Notes: generated by a model not told the origin, from the sequence alone. A stretch of 64,000 nucleotides of DNA from Nostoc sp. (GCA_036918135.1 JBALDB010000031.1:32001-96000), one strand, 5' to 3'; shown: positions 19,321 to 29,912, numbered from the stretch's first letter. Made by a program: numbers and translations.

Positions 19321-20649
19321 ATGGTATTCTTTAACCAAAAATTTAGGCTCGCACTAAGTTGTGCTGGTTTATTAGTTGTCAGTTTAGCCAGTAGCTATCT
19401 ATATACTCACCTAAAAACTAAACAGCTAACCCCACAAGAACGAGGCTTAACTCAACAAGAAAATTCTGCCTCACTTCAATCATATATTTCTTTGACTTCA
19501 AATCAAGCTGCTCATCCACTCATACCTAACTGGGAAAATTCTTTTGTTGTTGAGCAAAAAATAGACAAGCAAAATGCTCATTCATCTCAACAAAATTTGT
19601 TAGCTGCATCTACATCTTATCCAGTTGTCGATGAATTCAAAAAATATAAATATAGCGTTAATGGCAGCCAGGTTTTTACTCCAGTCAAACTGCCAGCTAA
19701 TAAGGTTAACTTCAATCAAACAGATTTATTAACTGTTCTTATCAATACTAGAAAATATTTTCAAGACTACGCTTTACAAGACCCCGATATTCTCCGAACA
19801 GGAGTGCTTGCTACTCAAGGAGTTACTGTAGAAGATGTTCTCAAAACTTTGGACTTCATGGTTACTGTATTAAATGAGGATATCACTAACCACCGAACTA
19901 CTCGGTTACAAGACCCTAAGTTTATCAATGCAAATTTTCGAGTTATTAAATGGACTGCCTACAACCCTAAAAACAAACAACAAAAACAATTAAGAATTAC
20001 TAAATATGCTGTTTTTACTCATACTGGTTCTCGCAAGAAAACCTCTACTTACAATACGGCAATTTATAGCCTAAAAGATAACTCTAATACTGATAAGTTT
20101 TATACTAAATATACAAAACAGGATGTCTTGTCTGGTATTTACGAACCAGGTGGGAGAGAATTTGGCAAAGTTCAAAGTCTTGCTTATCTAACTAGAACTG
20201 GCTTAGAAGAAGCCTTGATGCAGGGAACAATTTTGATTAATTTCACAAATGGTTATAAAGCATTTTTTAATGTAGATAGAAATAATGGCATGTCTTATAT
20301 TCGCGGATTAAAACCAACAGCACAAAAGCGTTATTGGTATTTTAGAGAAGTTGATGCTATTAAAGGCTATGGATACAAAATAGATGCAAAAATTTCTATC
20401 AAACCAGGAGTTACTTTTGCGGGAGATGTTCTGAATGTTGGTTTAGGCAAAGTAATTATCATTGAGCAGAATAAAGGTGGTAGCAAACATCTACAAATGG
20501 GAGTTATGGCGGATACAGGCGGAGCATTTTTACCCAATCTTTATCAACTCGATTTTTTAGCAGGTATTTTTCAAAATCAAAAACAATTTAGCCAACATAT
20601 CAGCCAATTACCTGATTATGCTACAGCATATTTTTTAGTTAAGAAGTAA
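19321..20649 (+). CDS. Divergent MltA-like / 3D-domain lytic transglycosylase with N-terminal membrane anchor
   Basis: ALMQGTILINF..NG and C-terminal ADTGGAF...QLDFLAG resemble the MltA QGSG motif and the 3D-domain DTGGAI...DxFxG motif. Confidence 0.6.
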   Translation: MVFFNQKFRLALSCAGLLVVSLASSYLYTHLKTKQLTPQERGLTQQENSASLQSYISLTSNQAAHPLIPNWENSFVVEQKIDKQNAHSSQQNLLAASTSYPVVDEFKKYKYSVNGSQVFTPVKLPANKVNFNQTDLLTVLINTRKYFQDYALQDPDILRTGVLATQGVTVEDVLKTLDFMVTVLNEDITNHRTTRLQDPKFINANFRVIKWTAYNPKNKQQKQLRITKYAVFTHTGSRKKTSTYNTAIYSLKDNSNTDKFYTKYTKQDVLSGIYEPGGREFGKVQSLAYLTRTGLEEALMQGTILINFTNGYKAFFNVDRNNGMSYIRGLKPTAQKRYWYFREVDAIKGYGYKIDAKISIKPGVTFAGDVLNVGLGKVIIIEQNKGGSKHLQMGVMADTGGAFLPNLYQLDFLAGIFQNQKQFSQHISQLPDYATAYFLVKK

Positions 20650-20766
20650 CGTTAGAATTTAGCAGAGTTTGATACCCAAACTTAATAAGTTTAAAAAGTC
20701 AAATTAGTCATTTCTATTGACTTTATAGCAATTCTAAATGAGAAAGTGAAAAATCTTAATGGTGGC

Positions 20767-20795
20767 TGTTGACTGTCAATTGTTAACAGTCAACA
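20767..20795. terminator. Inverted repeat between convergent genes
   Basis: TGTTGACTGT ... ACAGTCAACA, a 10-bp stem. Confidence 0.45.
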
Positions 20796-20823
20796 AAATA
20801 TGAGTCCTATATCAATTGTCTAG

Positions 20824-22026
20824 TTAATGCAAAACTTCCCAATCTTGCAGCAAGGAAATAGCATCTTTATAGAATGATAAATCCACTTGATTAACTTCCA
20901 TTCCCTGTCCGATTCCTTCTAAAAGGGTGATTGTTAATTTTCCTCCTAAATGTTCGCGGAACTCGGTAAGACCCCTAAATATACAATCCGGATGGTCTGG
21001 GCGATCTAATTGCTCTGTGAGTGCTGGTACATACAAAGTAAAGCCTAATTTCTTAAGTGTGCTTAGAACCCTTTGCCACTCTGATTGTAAAAGTTGCCCT
21101 ATTAAATATGAATAAGTTGTGTCTAAAGCAATACCGATCGCCACAGCTTCCCCATGACGTAAACTATAATTGGTTAAATGTTCCAGCTTGTGAGCAGCCC
21201 AATGTCCAAAATCTAAAGGACGCGATGAACCCATTTCAAAAGGATCGCCACCACCAGCAATATGTTCTAAGTGCAACTGGGAGCAGCGATAGATCAGCTT
21301 TTCCATAATCTCCATGTCTCGATTAGCTAATCTATCGGCATAAGTTGTAATAAAATTGAAGAAATCCGCATCTTTAATCAGCGCTACTTTTACGGCTTCT
21401 GCAATCCCCGATCGCCAATCGCGATCGTCAAGGCTAGTAATAAAATCAAAGTCATTCAATACAGCATAAGGTGGCATGAATGTACCAAGAAAATTTTTCT
21501 TGCCAAAGGCATTAATTCCATTTTTCACCCCGACACCAGAATCATTTTGTCCTAGTACTGTCGTCGGTACCCGTAGCAGTCGAATTCCTCGGTGAGCTGT
21601 TGCTGCTGCGTATCCTACCATATCCAGCACGGCTCCACCTCCGATTGCTAATACGTAGGAGTGACGACACAATCCAACTGCATCGATTACCTGATGAATT
21701 TGTTCTATGAATCTAGAATCGTTCTTGACTGCTTCTCCACCCGGAACTATCATCGGTTCACCACTCAAGGTGAATACATTTGCATAACGCTGTGCGTAAA
21801 CTGATAATTTTTTTAGCAACCCATTTTGGTAATTTAAAACTCCTCCATCTACCACTACTAACACTTGTTTTGGAGTTATCTCGCCATTTGCAGCAATCAC
21901 TTGTACCAGTAAAGGATTATCTAACTCAAACAAACCTCTAGTAAAACAAACATCATACTTGAAGGTTACTTGAACACATTGATTAATGGGTTGCAGATTG
22001 ACAGCAGTCTGTTGTTTGATAGCCAT
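20824..22026 (-). CDS. eboD: 3-dehydroquinate-synthase-like sugar-phosphate cyclase of the ebo cluster
   Basis: GGGAVLDMVG, PTTVLGQNDSGVGVKNG, DFGHWAAHKLE and HGEAVAIG motifs. Divergent from eboABCEF. Confidence 0.88.
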   Translation of the reverse strand: MAIKQQTAVNLQPINQCVQVTFKYDVCFTRGLFELDNPLLVQVIAANGEITPKQVLVVVDGGVLNYQNGLLKKLSVYAQRYANVFTLSGEPMIVPGGEAVKNDSRFIEQIHQVIDAVGLCRHSYVLAIGGGAVLDMVGYAAATAHRGIRLLRVPTTVLGQNDSGVGVKNGINAFGKKNFLGTFMPPYAVLNDFDFITSLDDRDWRSGIAEAVKVALIKDADFFNFITTYADRLANRDMEIMEKLIYRCSQLHLEHIAGGGDPFEMGSSRPLDFGHWAAHKLEHLTNYSLRHGEAVAIGIALDTTYSYLIGQLLQSEWQRVLSTLKKLGFTLYVPALTEQLDRPDHPDCIFRGLTEFREHLGGKLTITLLEGIGQGMEVNQVDLSFYKDAISLLQDWEVLH

Positions 22027-22257
22027 ATTTTATGTGATTAATTTTTAACTAATTGTATATAGATGTGCTACTTCAATTAAGATTAGCAGCAAGTTCAACA
22101 AAATAATTTTTGCACTTCAGTATTCAAAGGATTTACCAAATAATTAAAGCTAATAATTTAGCCTCTATTGTCTCTTTTGTGAAAGCTCATACTATAAGAT
22201 TGTTGCTTGACAGCTTTCAAAGCCTACAGCAAAAGGTTTCCTGATTTACGTATGCAT

Positions 22258-22380
22258 TAGACCTGTTGCAAAAGTCCCCTTACACCCCATCCCCAGCCCT
22301 TAAGAGTAGGCTCTTAGGGAAGACTTTGACTTTTGTCAAAGGCTCTTTGAGGTTCTTTTTTGATTTATACAAAAAGTCTA
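22258..22380. mobile_element. Degenerate MITE-like element in the eboD-eboA intergenic region
   Basis: TAGACCTGTTGCAAAAGTC and an imperfect inverse GATTTATACAAAAAGTCTA, both TA-ended. Confidence 0.4.
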
Positions 22381-22733
22381 TTATTTAATCGCAATCTCAG
22401 TGGCTCTGCCATAAAAGAAGCAGTATAAACATCAATGATTGCTTTACACTGCCTTCATCCATTGTTGGAGCGAGTCTAAAGTAACATTTATTGCAAATTT
22501 ATTCATGCCTAGACTTTATATCTAACTTTGGTAGTAGAGATCGTGATTACATAAAATTCTAATTTTTTTAAGTAACCTTACTTCCAATTTTATCACCCCA
22601 AAATCATATCTTTATAGTATCTTATTTATAGAGACTATATTTTATAGATTCAATGAAGTTATTAGCTAAGTATATACTATAAGTACTGATTAAATAACAA
22701 AGTATCAAAATTAATGCTAAATATTATACATAG

Positions 22734-23639
22734 TTGTTACAAAAAAGTTGGGCAACTTCTCCTGAATTTATCATGAGTAAAGTAAACAAGTTACTACATC
22801 AGTGGTTAGTACAGTCTGTTTCAGATGTAGCTATTAGTTGGTTGGAACAGAAGCAGACACAGATTGCTAGCGGTACTGATGAGCGAGTGTTTTTCACAGC
22901 TTTTAGTGCGGTGCCGCGTTATCTGGGCAAACAGAATTTGCAGCTAACATCCCAAGACATAGAGGCAGCACACCAAGCAATTCCTGGTTGGAATCCGAGT
23001 ATTTGGAGTGTAGACCAAGCAGGTCGCACACTCTTGATTTTAGCTTTGCCCCAGGATGATGCCCAAGCTTATGTGCGATCGCTTGATAAAGTCTTCTCTA
23101 GTGCCGATATGGGCGAGTTAGTTGCACTTTATCAGAGTTTGCCCTTATTACCACATCCAGAATTACATCGCCACCGTGCTGCTGAGGGAATTCGTAGCAA
23201 TATGAGCAATGTGTTCCAAGCCATAGCACTTTGCAACCCTTATCCGGCCGATTATTTAGATAATGCTGCTTGGAATCAGATGGTATTGAAAGCTGTGTTT
23301 GTCGGTAGTCCGTTGCATCTAATTTGGGGTTTAGATCGTCGCGCCAACCCAGAATTAGCAAAAATGTTGACAAATTATGCCCATGAACGTTGGGCAGCTA
23401 AACGGTTAGTTACCCCAGAACTTTGGCGACCTGTAGGTAAATTTGCTGATAGCGCAATCATCGCAGATTTAGAAAAAGTCTTAACTAGTGGGGATATAGC
23501 CGAACAACAAGCAGCAGCATTAGCATGTGCTGAATCATCTTTACCCGAAGCGCAAGCATTACTTGCTCATTATCCAGATTTACAGTCATCCATAGAACAC
23601 GGTAACTTGACTTGGAGCAGTTTTAGCCGCGAGCGTTGA
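22734..23639 (+). CDS. eboA: EboA-family protein
   Basis: AEGIRSNM..VFQAIALCNPYP...WNQMVLKAVF...YAHERWAAKR. First gene of the ebo run; likely start is ATG 22773. Confidence 0.88.
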   Translation: MLQKSWATSPEFIMSKVNKLLHQWLVQSVSDVAISWLEQKQTQIASGTDERVFFTAFSAVPRYLGKQNLQLTSQDIEAAHQAIPGWNPSIWSVDQAGRTLLILALPQDDAQAYVRSLDKVFSSADMGELVALYQSLPLLPHPELHRHRAAEGIRSNMSNVFQAIALCNPYPADYLDNAAWNQMVLKAVFVGSPLHLIWGLDRRANPELAKMLTNYAHERWAAKRLVTPELWRPVGKFADSAIIADLEKVLTSGDIAEQQAAALACAESSLPEAQALLAHYPDLQSSIEHGNLTWSSFSRER

Positions 23640-23679
23640 AAGAATCTGAGGACTAGGCAATAGGATAAAAAATACTATT

Positions 23680-23710
23680 TCCCAGTCCCCAATCCTCAGT
23701 CCCCAATCCC
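23680..23710 (+). repeat. STRR1-type heptamer repeats CCCCA(A/G)T
   Basis: tcccagt ccccaat cctcagt ccccaat ccc. Confidence 0.8.
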
Positions 23711-23721
23711 TAAACCACACT

Positions 23722-24624
23722 ATGATGTTTATCGATCCTCACATTCACATGTGTTCCCGTACTACTTACGATTACTTAGTAATGCGGGAATATGGCATCG
23801 TCGCCGTTATTGAGCCAGCTTTTTGGTTAGGACAACCCCGAACTAACGCTGGTACATTCAAAGATTATTTCAGCAGTCTTGTGGGCTGGGAACGGTTTCG
23901 TGCAAGTCAGTTTGGCATTCAACATTACTGCACAATTGGCTTAAATCCCAAAGAAGCTAACAATGACGCATTAGCAGCAGAAGTTATTGAATTGCTACCG
24001 CTTTATGCTTGTAAAGAAGGAGTTGTTGCAATTGGCGAAATTGGCTACGACGACATGACAGAAGCAGAAGATAAATACTTTTGCCAACAGTTAGAATTAG
24101 CCAAAGAACTCGATATGTTGGTACTAATTCATACTCCTCACCGGAATAAGAAAGCGGGTGCTATTCGGAGTATGGAACGGTGTATTGAATATGGTTTAGA
24201 TCCTTCACAAGTAGTTATCGATCATAACAATGAGGAAACTGTTGAAGAAGTACTAAAACGGGGTTTTTGGGCGGCTTTTACGATTTATCCCCAGACAAAA
24301 ATGGGTAACGCCAGGATGGTGGAAGTTGTCCGCAAATATGGACGCGATCGCATTATTGTCGATAGTAGTGCTGATTGGGGAATTAGCGATCCATTAGCAG
24401 TTCCAAAAACGGCTCAGTTGATGTTAGAAAGAGGCATTCCTGAAGAAGATGTACGAGCAGTTTGTTACGAAAATGCTTTAGCTGCTTACAGTCAAACTGG
24501 ACAGATGCAAGCATCAGACTGGCTCAATCCCCAATCTATCGATCAGCGTCAGCTATTCAGTGGTAACTCTGTATTGCGAGGACAAGAACCAGGTGTTAAT
24601 TCTGTTTCAGTGCTGATTGAATAG
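23722..24624 (+). CDS. eboB: TatD-family hydrolase EboB
   Basis: DPHIH, GEIGYD, IHTPH, DHNNEET and DSSADWG motifs; position in the cluster. Confidence 0.9.
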   Translation: MMFIDPHIHMCSRTTYDYLVMREYGIVAVIEPAFWLGQPRTNAGTFKDYFSSLVGWERFRASQFGIQHYCTIGLNPKEANNDALAAEVIELLPLYACKEGVVAIGEIGYDDMTEAEDKYFCQQLELAKELDMLVLIHTPHRNKKAGAIRSMERCIEYGLDPSQVVIDHNNEETVEEVLKRGFWAAFTIYPQTKMGNARMVEVVRKYGRDRIIVDSSADWGISDPLAVPKTAQLMLERGIPEEDVRAVCYENALAAYSQTGQMQASDWLNPQSIDQRQLFSGNSVLRGQEPGVNSVSVLIE

Positions 24625-24639
24625 AAAGCTATAGACGTA

Positions 24640-25641
24640 TTGGATAAATATTTTCACAATCCAAATTCTCAAATCCAGAATAGTATTACTACCCAAGGAG
24701 TCAGAGAAGTGAATGTTGCAAACTTGAATTTTCAAAGTTGGCGGGGTTATTTTGAATTGATGCGTCCGGCTAATATTGTTACTGCTTGGGCGGATATTCT
24801 AGTTGGCTTTGCTGCTTCTGGCTCGGGAATGATTTTCGCTAAATTAATCAATGGAGAAGCAAATTTCGCAAATTTGATTCCATTAGCTTGGTTGTTATTA
24901 GCTACAACTGGTTTATATGGCGGCGGTATCGTTTTCAATGATATTTTTGATGCCCAATTAGATGCAAAAGAGCGACCAAATAGAGCAATTCCTAGTGGTC
25001 GTGTGTCTCTTCAAAATGCTACTTTATTAGGCAGCATATTGTTTGCCATTGGTATTGGAGCAGCTTTTCAAGTATCTTGGTTGAGTGGGGCGATCGCAAT
25101 ATTCATTACTCTTTCAGCACTGCTGTATAATTCCCTTGCCAAACATCATCCTTTTTTTGGCCCGCTTAATATGGGTTTGTGCCGGGGAAGTAACTTATTA
25201 TTAGGTGTGAGTGTTGTACCAGAAATAATAGGAGAACGTTGGTATTTAGTGCTAATTCCTGTTATTTATATTGCGGCGATTACTGCAATTAGTCAGGGTG
25301 AAGTTCATGGAGGAAAGAAAATTACAGGAATACTAGCACTAGTCTTGATTGCAATAGTTTTGGCAGCAGTTTTAGGATTAGGATTATTACCAGAGTATAC
25401 AGCGATCGCAGCATTGCCGTTTGCAGTTTTCTTGGCTATCCGAGTCCTACCTAATTTTGTAAAAGCTGCCCGCGAACCATTACCAGAAAATATCCGCAAC
25501 GCTGTAAAAATAGGTGTGTTGTCTTTAATCGTCTTAGACGCGACTGTTGCATCGGGTTTTGCTGGTTTGTATTACGGTTTAGCAGTCCTGATTTTACTGC
25601 CAATTTCTATGAAGTTAGCACAAATATTTGCTGTTACTTAA
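24640..25641 (+). CDS. eboC: UbiA-family prenyltransferase EboC
   Basis: RPANIVTAWADILVG and NDIFDAQLDAKERPNRAIPSG; multi-pass membrane protein. Confidence 0.9.
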   Translation: MDKYFHNPNSQIQNSITTQGVREVNVANLNFQSWRGYFELMRPANIVTAWADILVGFAASGSGMIFAKLINGEANFANLIPLAWLLLATTGLYGGGIVFNDIFDAQLDAKERPNRAIPSGRVSLQNATLLGSILFAIGIGAAFQVSWLSGAIAIFITLSALLYNSLAKHHPFFGPLNMGLCRGSNLLLGVSVVPEIIGERWYLVLIPVIYIAAITAISQGEVHGGKKITGILALVLIAIVLAAVLGLGLLPEYTAIAALPFAVFLAIRVLPNFVKAAREPLPENIRNAVKIGVLSLIVLDATVASGFAGLYYGLAVLILLPISMKLAQIFAVT

Positions 25642-25793
25642 AAGCTAAATAGAGAATGTCACGCCCCAGTTGCTCCAGGCGCAGAGAGAAAGATTGAGTT
25701 TTTTATAAAATTTTGGAATTAGAAAAACTCAAAAATTTAAAAGCTCTCTGCGTTTGGGCGCGTGGAAATAATAAATAGAGGATAAAGTAGAAA

Positions 25794-27032
25794 ATGAGAA
25801 TTACAAAAAACAACTTTCACTTAACTTATTGCAGCAATATTCATCCTGGTGAAACTTGGGTAGAGGTGTTTGCAAATTTACAAAAATATATTCCTGAACT
25901 CAAATCGCGTTTATCACCTACAGAACCTTTTGGTATTGGTTTGAGGTTAGCAGATGCAGCCGCCAAAGAACTTTTAGAAAAAAATAACTTAGCTCAATTT
26001 CAAGAGTGGTTAACTCAAGAAGATTTATATGTTTTTACTTTGAATGGATTTCCTTACGGGGGATTTCATCGTCAGGTGGTAAAAGACCACGTTTATGCAC
26101 CAGATTGGTCTCAACAAGAACGCCTGAATTACACATTAAATCTTACACAAATTTTAGCAACTCTCTTACCAACTGGACTTGACGGCGGAATTTCTACACT
26201 GCCATTATCTTATAAACCTTGGTGGGAAGACCAAGCAAGTTTTGAGATAGTTTTGAAGAATAGTTGTTTGAATCTAGCATCACTTGTTGCAGAAATGATT
26301 CACATCAAGGAAAAAACAGGAAAATTACTCCATATTGATTTAGAACCTGAGCCGGATGGATTAATTGAAAATACCTCAGAAATCATTGATTTTTTCCAAA
26401 ATTGGTTACTGCCGATTGGTAGGAATTATTTATCAGAAAAATTGAATATCGAACAAAGTTTAGCTGAAACTAAATTGCTAGAACATGTTCGGATATGTTA
26501 TGATACCTGTCATTTTTCAGTTGAATACGAGCAGCCAAATTCTGTATTTACGCGTTTGCAATCAGCAGGAATTAAAATCGGCAAGATTCAAATCAGCGCT
26601 GCAATTCAAGTAAAAATTCCTGCTGAAGTTGAGAAACGTAGTCTGATAGTTGAACGCTTACGTCCTTTTGCAGAATCTACTTATCTTCACCAAGTAATCG
26701 AACGTCGCAGCGATGGTACACTATATCACTATTCTGATTTAATCACTGCATTACCACACTTAGAACAATCTCTAGCTCAAGAATGGCGGACTCATTTTCA
26801 TGTGCCAATTTTTATTCATGATTATAAAATTTTGCAGTCTACGCAAGATGATATTGCTACTGTTTTACATCTACTGCAAACAAATCATGCTTGTTCGCAT
26901 CTAGAAATTGAGACTTACACTTGGGATGTATTGCCATCAGATATAAAAATAGATTTGCTGACTTCTATTGAGCGGGAATATAACTGGGTATTAAAAGAAC
27001 TCCACAAGAATCCAGAAGACTTTGATAATTAA
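25794..27032 (+). CDS. eboE: Xylose-isomerase-like TIM barrel EboE
   Basis: YCSNIHPGE, NGFPYGGFH, EPEPDG, YDTCH, HFHVP and EIETYTW motifs. Confidence 0.9.
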   Translation: MRITKNNFHLTYCSNIHPGETWVEVFANLQKYIPELKSRLSPTEPFGIGLRLADAAAKELLEKNNLAQFQEWLTQEDLYVFTLNGFPYGGFHRQVVKDHVYAPDWSQQERLNYTLNLTQILATLLPTGLDGGISTLPLSYKPWWEDQASFEIVLKNSCLNLASLVAEMIHIKEKTGKLLHIDLEPEPDGLIENTSEIIDFFQNWLLPIGRNYLSEKLNIEQSLAETKLLEHVRICYDTCHFSVEYEQPNSVFTRLQSAGIKIGKIQISAAIQVKIPAEVEKRSLIVERLRPFAESTYLHQVIERRSDGTLYHYSDLITALPHLEQSLAQEWRTHFHVPIFIHDYKILQSTQDDIATVLHLLQTNHACSHLEIETYTWDVLPSDIKIDLLTSIEREYNWVLKELHKNPEDFDN

Positions 27033-27082
27033 GCTGCTGAATTCTTACACAACTGGCTGCAAATTAAGAGGAAATTTTATTT

Positions 27083-28459
27083 ATGAAAAAAACGGTTATT
27101 CTAAATGTTGTAGGATTAACGCCTAACTTACTAGGAAAAAACACGCCGTTTTTGTCAGCTTGGGCTGCTAAAGGTCAAGTAGTTCCAGTCAAAACAGTGT
27201 TACCTGCTGTAACTTGTTCTGTTCAAGCTACTTATTTAACAGGAAAATTACCTGATGAACATGGGATTGTTGCTAATGGTTGGTATTTTCGAGATGAATG
27301 TGAAGTAAAATTTTGGCGACAATCTAATAAATTAGTACAGGCTCCGAAAGTTTGGGACATAGCTAAATCAATTGACCCAAATTTCACTTGTGCCAACCTT
27401 TTCTGGTGGTACAACATGTATTCATCAGTGGATTATGCCATTACACCGCGCCCAATGTATCCCGCAGATGGAAGAAAATTATCTGATATTTATACCCAAC
27501 CTAGTAATGTGCGATCGCCAATTCAATCGGATTTAGGTCAATTTCCTTTATTCGATTTTTGGGGGCCAAAAACTTCAATTAATTCTAGCCAATGGATTGC
27601 CAATTCGGCAAAATGGATTGAGGAACATTATAGCCCTACACTATCGCTAGTTTACTTGCCACATTTAGATTACTGTTTGCAAAAGTTTGGTCACGATGAA
27701 AAATACATCCAAACAGATTTACAGCAAATTGACGCTGTTTGTGGTGATTTAATTGAATATTATCAAGCACGAAATATTCAAATAATTATTCTTTCTGAGT
27801 ATGGCATTACTCCTGTTGACAAAGCAGTAGATTTAAACCGCATATTAAGAGCAAATAATTTAATTGCTGTCCGTGAAGAATTGGGGCGAGAATTGCTTGA
27901 TTTTGGAGCTAGTATTGCCTTTGCTGTAGCCGATCACCAGATTGCTCATGTATATGTCAACGATGCAGCCTACATCTCAAAAGTGCGATCGCTCTTAGAA
28001 GCCACTCCAGGTGTAGCGCAAGTATTGGATGAACAGGGTAAACAAGCCTACCATCTCGATCATCCCAGATCCGGAGAGTTAGTAGCGATCGCCCAACCTG
28101 ATGCTTGGTTTACTTATTATTATTGGCTTGACGATAACAAAGCGCCTGATTTTGCTAGAACCGTAGACATTCACCGCAAACCCGGTTACGATCCTGTAGA
28201 GCTTTTCCTCAATCCTCAAATTAAATTTCCTCAAGGAAAAATCGCTCTTAAGCTACTTAAAAAACAACTCGGTTTTCGCTACTTGATGGATGTGATTCCT
28301 CTGGATGCTTCTTTAGTGCGTGGCTCTCACGGTCATATTACCACTTCTGCAAATGAAGGGCCTCTATTTATCACCCATCAAACTCACCTTATCGATACAA
28401 ACATCATTGAGGCGACAGATATTTGCTCCTTGATTCTCAAACATTTAAATCCGCAGTAG
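27083..28459 (+). CDS. eboF: Alkaline phosphatase / nucleotide pyrophosphatase family EboF
   Basis: PAVTCSVQ, YLPHLDY, SEYG, DIHRKPGYDP and RGSHG motifs. Confidence 0.9.
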   Translation: MKKTVILNVVGLTPNLLGKNTPFLSAWAAKGQVVPVKTVLPAVTCSVQATYLTGKLPDEHGIVANGWYFRDECEVKFWRQSNKLVQAPKVWDIAKSIDPNFTCANLFWWYNMYSSVDYAITPRPMYPADGRKLSDIYTQPSNVRSPIQSDLGQFPLFDFWGPKTSINSSQWIANSAKWIEEHYSPTLSLVYLPHLDYCLQKFGHDEKYIQTDLQQIDAVCGDLIEYYQARNIQIIILSEYGITPVDKAVDLNRILRANNLIAVREELGRELLDFGASIAFAVADHQIAHVYVNDAAYISKVRSLLEATPGVAQVLDEQGKQAYHLDHPRSGELVAIAQPDAWFTYYYWLDDNKAPDFARTVDIHRKPGYDPVELFLNPQIKFPQGKIALKLLKKQLGFRYLMDVIPLDASLVRGSHGHITTSANEGPLFITHQTHLIDTNIIEATDICSLILKHLNPQ

Positions 28460-28512
28460 AGGATGAGGCAGATAATATCAAAGACTCAATTAGATTTACT
28501 CCAAACTCAGCA

Positions 28513-29124
28513 CTATTTTTGGAACCAACGCCAGTTATAACGATTCCATTCATAAATTCCTTGAATTTCATACTCAGCGCCGTTGAAGAAGCGGACGATA
28601 CAATTAGTAGAAGAATTATCGCGATCGCTAGTTTCATTAACCTGAATTACAATCGAAGGAAACCATTCCGGCTTACACGGCCCATCTTCTTGCACCCATT
28701 CCCATAGTGCATTGGAAACTTCAATGCGATCGCCAACTTTCAACTTTAATGCATCTTCCAAATAAGCATACTTGTCAAAATGGTATGACTCAACACGGTT
28801 GAGCCACTGTAAACCGTAGCGCTGGCGGATAAATTGTACTGTTCCAGAGTCATTTTCCAACAGCCAATCATTAAGTAATTGCACTTTCCAAGTGCGGTTA
28901 CGTTGTTCCTCGGCCTTAACAAACTCTAAAAACGCTTCTAACTCCTCTGGGGTAAGTTCGTCTAAAGGATTAGCAATATCTGAAGCCCCGTAGTTAGAAT
29001 TTTCATGAATTTGCTCAATGACTTGCAATAATATCTCTTTCTGCACGTCAGTGAGAGGACACCCTATAGCATCACAACTATTAAAGGCTGCTTGCATAGC
29101 TGTTTCAATCTCATCTGGTGTCAT
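28513..29124 (-). CDS. Hypothetical protein with a C-terminal SH3/Tudor-like segment
   Basis: 203-aa ORF ending LKVGDRIEV...WFPSIVIQV...CIVRFFNG. Confidence 0.65.
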   Translation of the reverse strand: MTPDEIETAMQAAFNSCDAIGCPLTDVQKEILLQVIEQIHENSNYGASDIANPLDELTPEELEAFLEFVKAEEQRNRTWKVQLLNDWLLENDSGTVQFIRQRYGLQWLNRVESYHFDKYAYLEDALKLKVGDRIEVSNALWEWVQEDGPCKPEWFPSIVIQVNETSDRDNSSTNCIVRFFNGAEYEIQGIYEWNRYNWRWFQK

Positions 29125-29226
29125 AAAATTTAAAGTAATTGAGGGTTTATTTACCTAATTATTACAAATGTTAAATTAAAAGATATTTTTTAGTGTTGAC
29201 TTACTTATCACCTCAGGGAAATCGCT

Positions 29227-29808
29227 ATGAGTCAAACTCAGTATCCAACAAAATTCCTGACTTTTGAGGAATTTCTGGCTTATGACGATCGCACTGATAC
29301 CCGCTATGAATTAGTAGATGGTGAACTAGTAAAAATACCAACTGAAAGTCAGGAAAACTGCGATATTGCCAAATTTCTGCTGTTCGAGTTGGCAAAGCAT
29401 TTTCCTATTGCCTTGCTGGCTTACAAGGACATTGAAATTGAAGTTAGTGGACGGCGAGCAAGCTGTCGGCTACCGGATCTGGTGGTGCATACGGAAGAGT
29501 CGAAAGCAGCTTTGATTAGCAGTCCTCGCAATCTGATTACCCGCGATATGCTCCCGCCTGCGCTAGTGATTGAAGTTGTTAGTCCCGGAACTGAGAACCA
29601 CAACCGCGATTACCGTTACAAACGCACGGAATACGCGGCTAGAGGCATTACCGAATACTGGATTGTCGATCCAAAGTCAAAACAAATCACTGTTTGTAAG
29701 TGGGTGGAGGGACAGTATGAGGATACTGTGTTGCAAGGTACGGCTCGGATTACATCAGATGTAGTACCCGATTGGGAATTGATAGTTGAGCAGGTGTTTG
29801 CTGTTTGA
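29227..29808 (+). CDS. Uma2-family (DUF820) endonuclease-like protein
   Basis: RYELVDGEL, RLPDLVV, LVIEVVSPG and KRTEYAARGITEYWIVDP motifs. Confidence 0.92.
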   Translation: MSQTQYPTKFLTFEEFLAYDDRTDTRYELVDGELVKIPTESQENCDIAKFLLFELAKHFPIALLAYKDIEIEVSGRRASCRLPDLVVHTEESKAALISSPRNLITRDMLPPALVIEVVSPGTENHNRDYRYKRTEYAARGITEYWIVDPKSKQITVCKWVEGQYEDTVLQGTARITSDVVPDWELIVEQVFAV

Positions 29809-29912
29809 CTGTTAACTGTTCACCATTATTAACCGTCATCAATCAACCGTAATTCCGTTGTAAGCTGAGGTTATAAGTCACAGAATTATTGAATTAAATT
29901 ACGGGGTCTTTT

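Noticed and set aside
20824..22026. Housekeeping aroB or mycosporine cyclase (mysA)
   Set aside because: The position beside eboABCEF and the DFGHWAAHKLE motif fit EboD; no O-methyltransferase or ATP-grasp genes are nearby.
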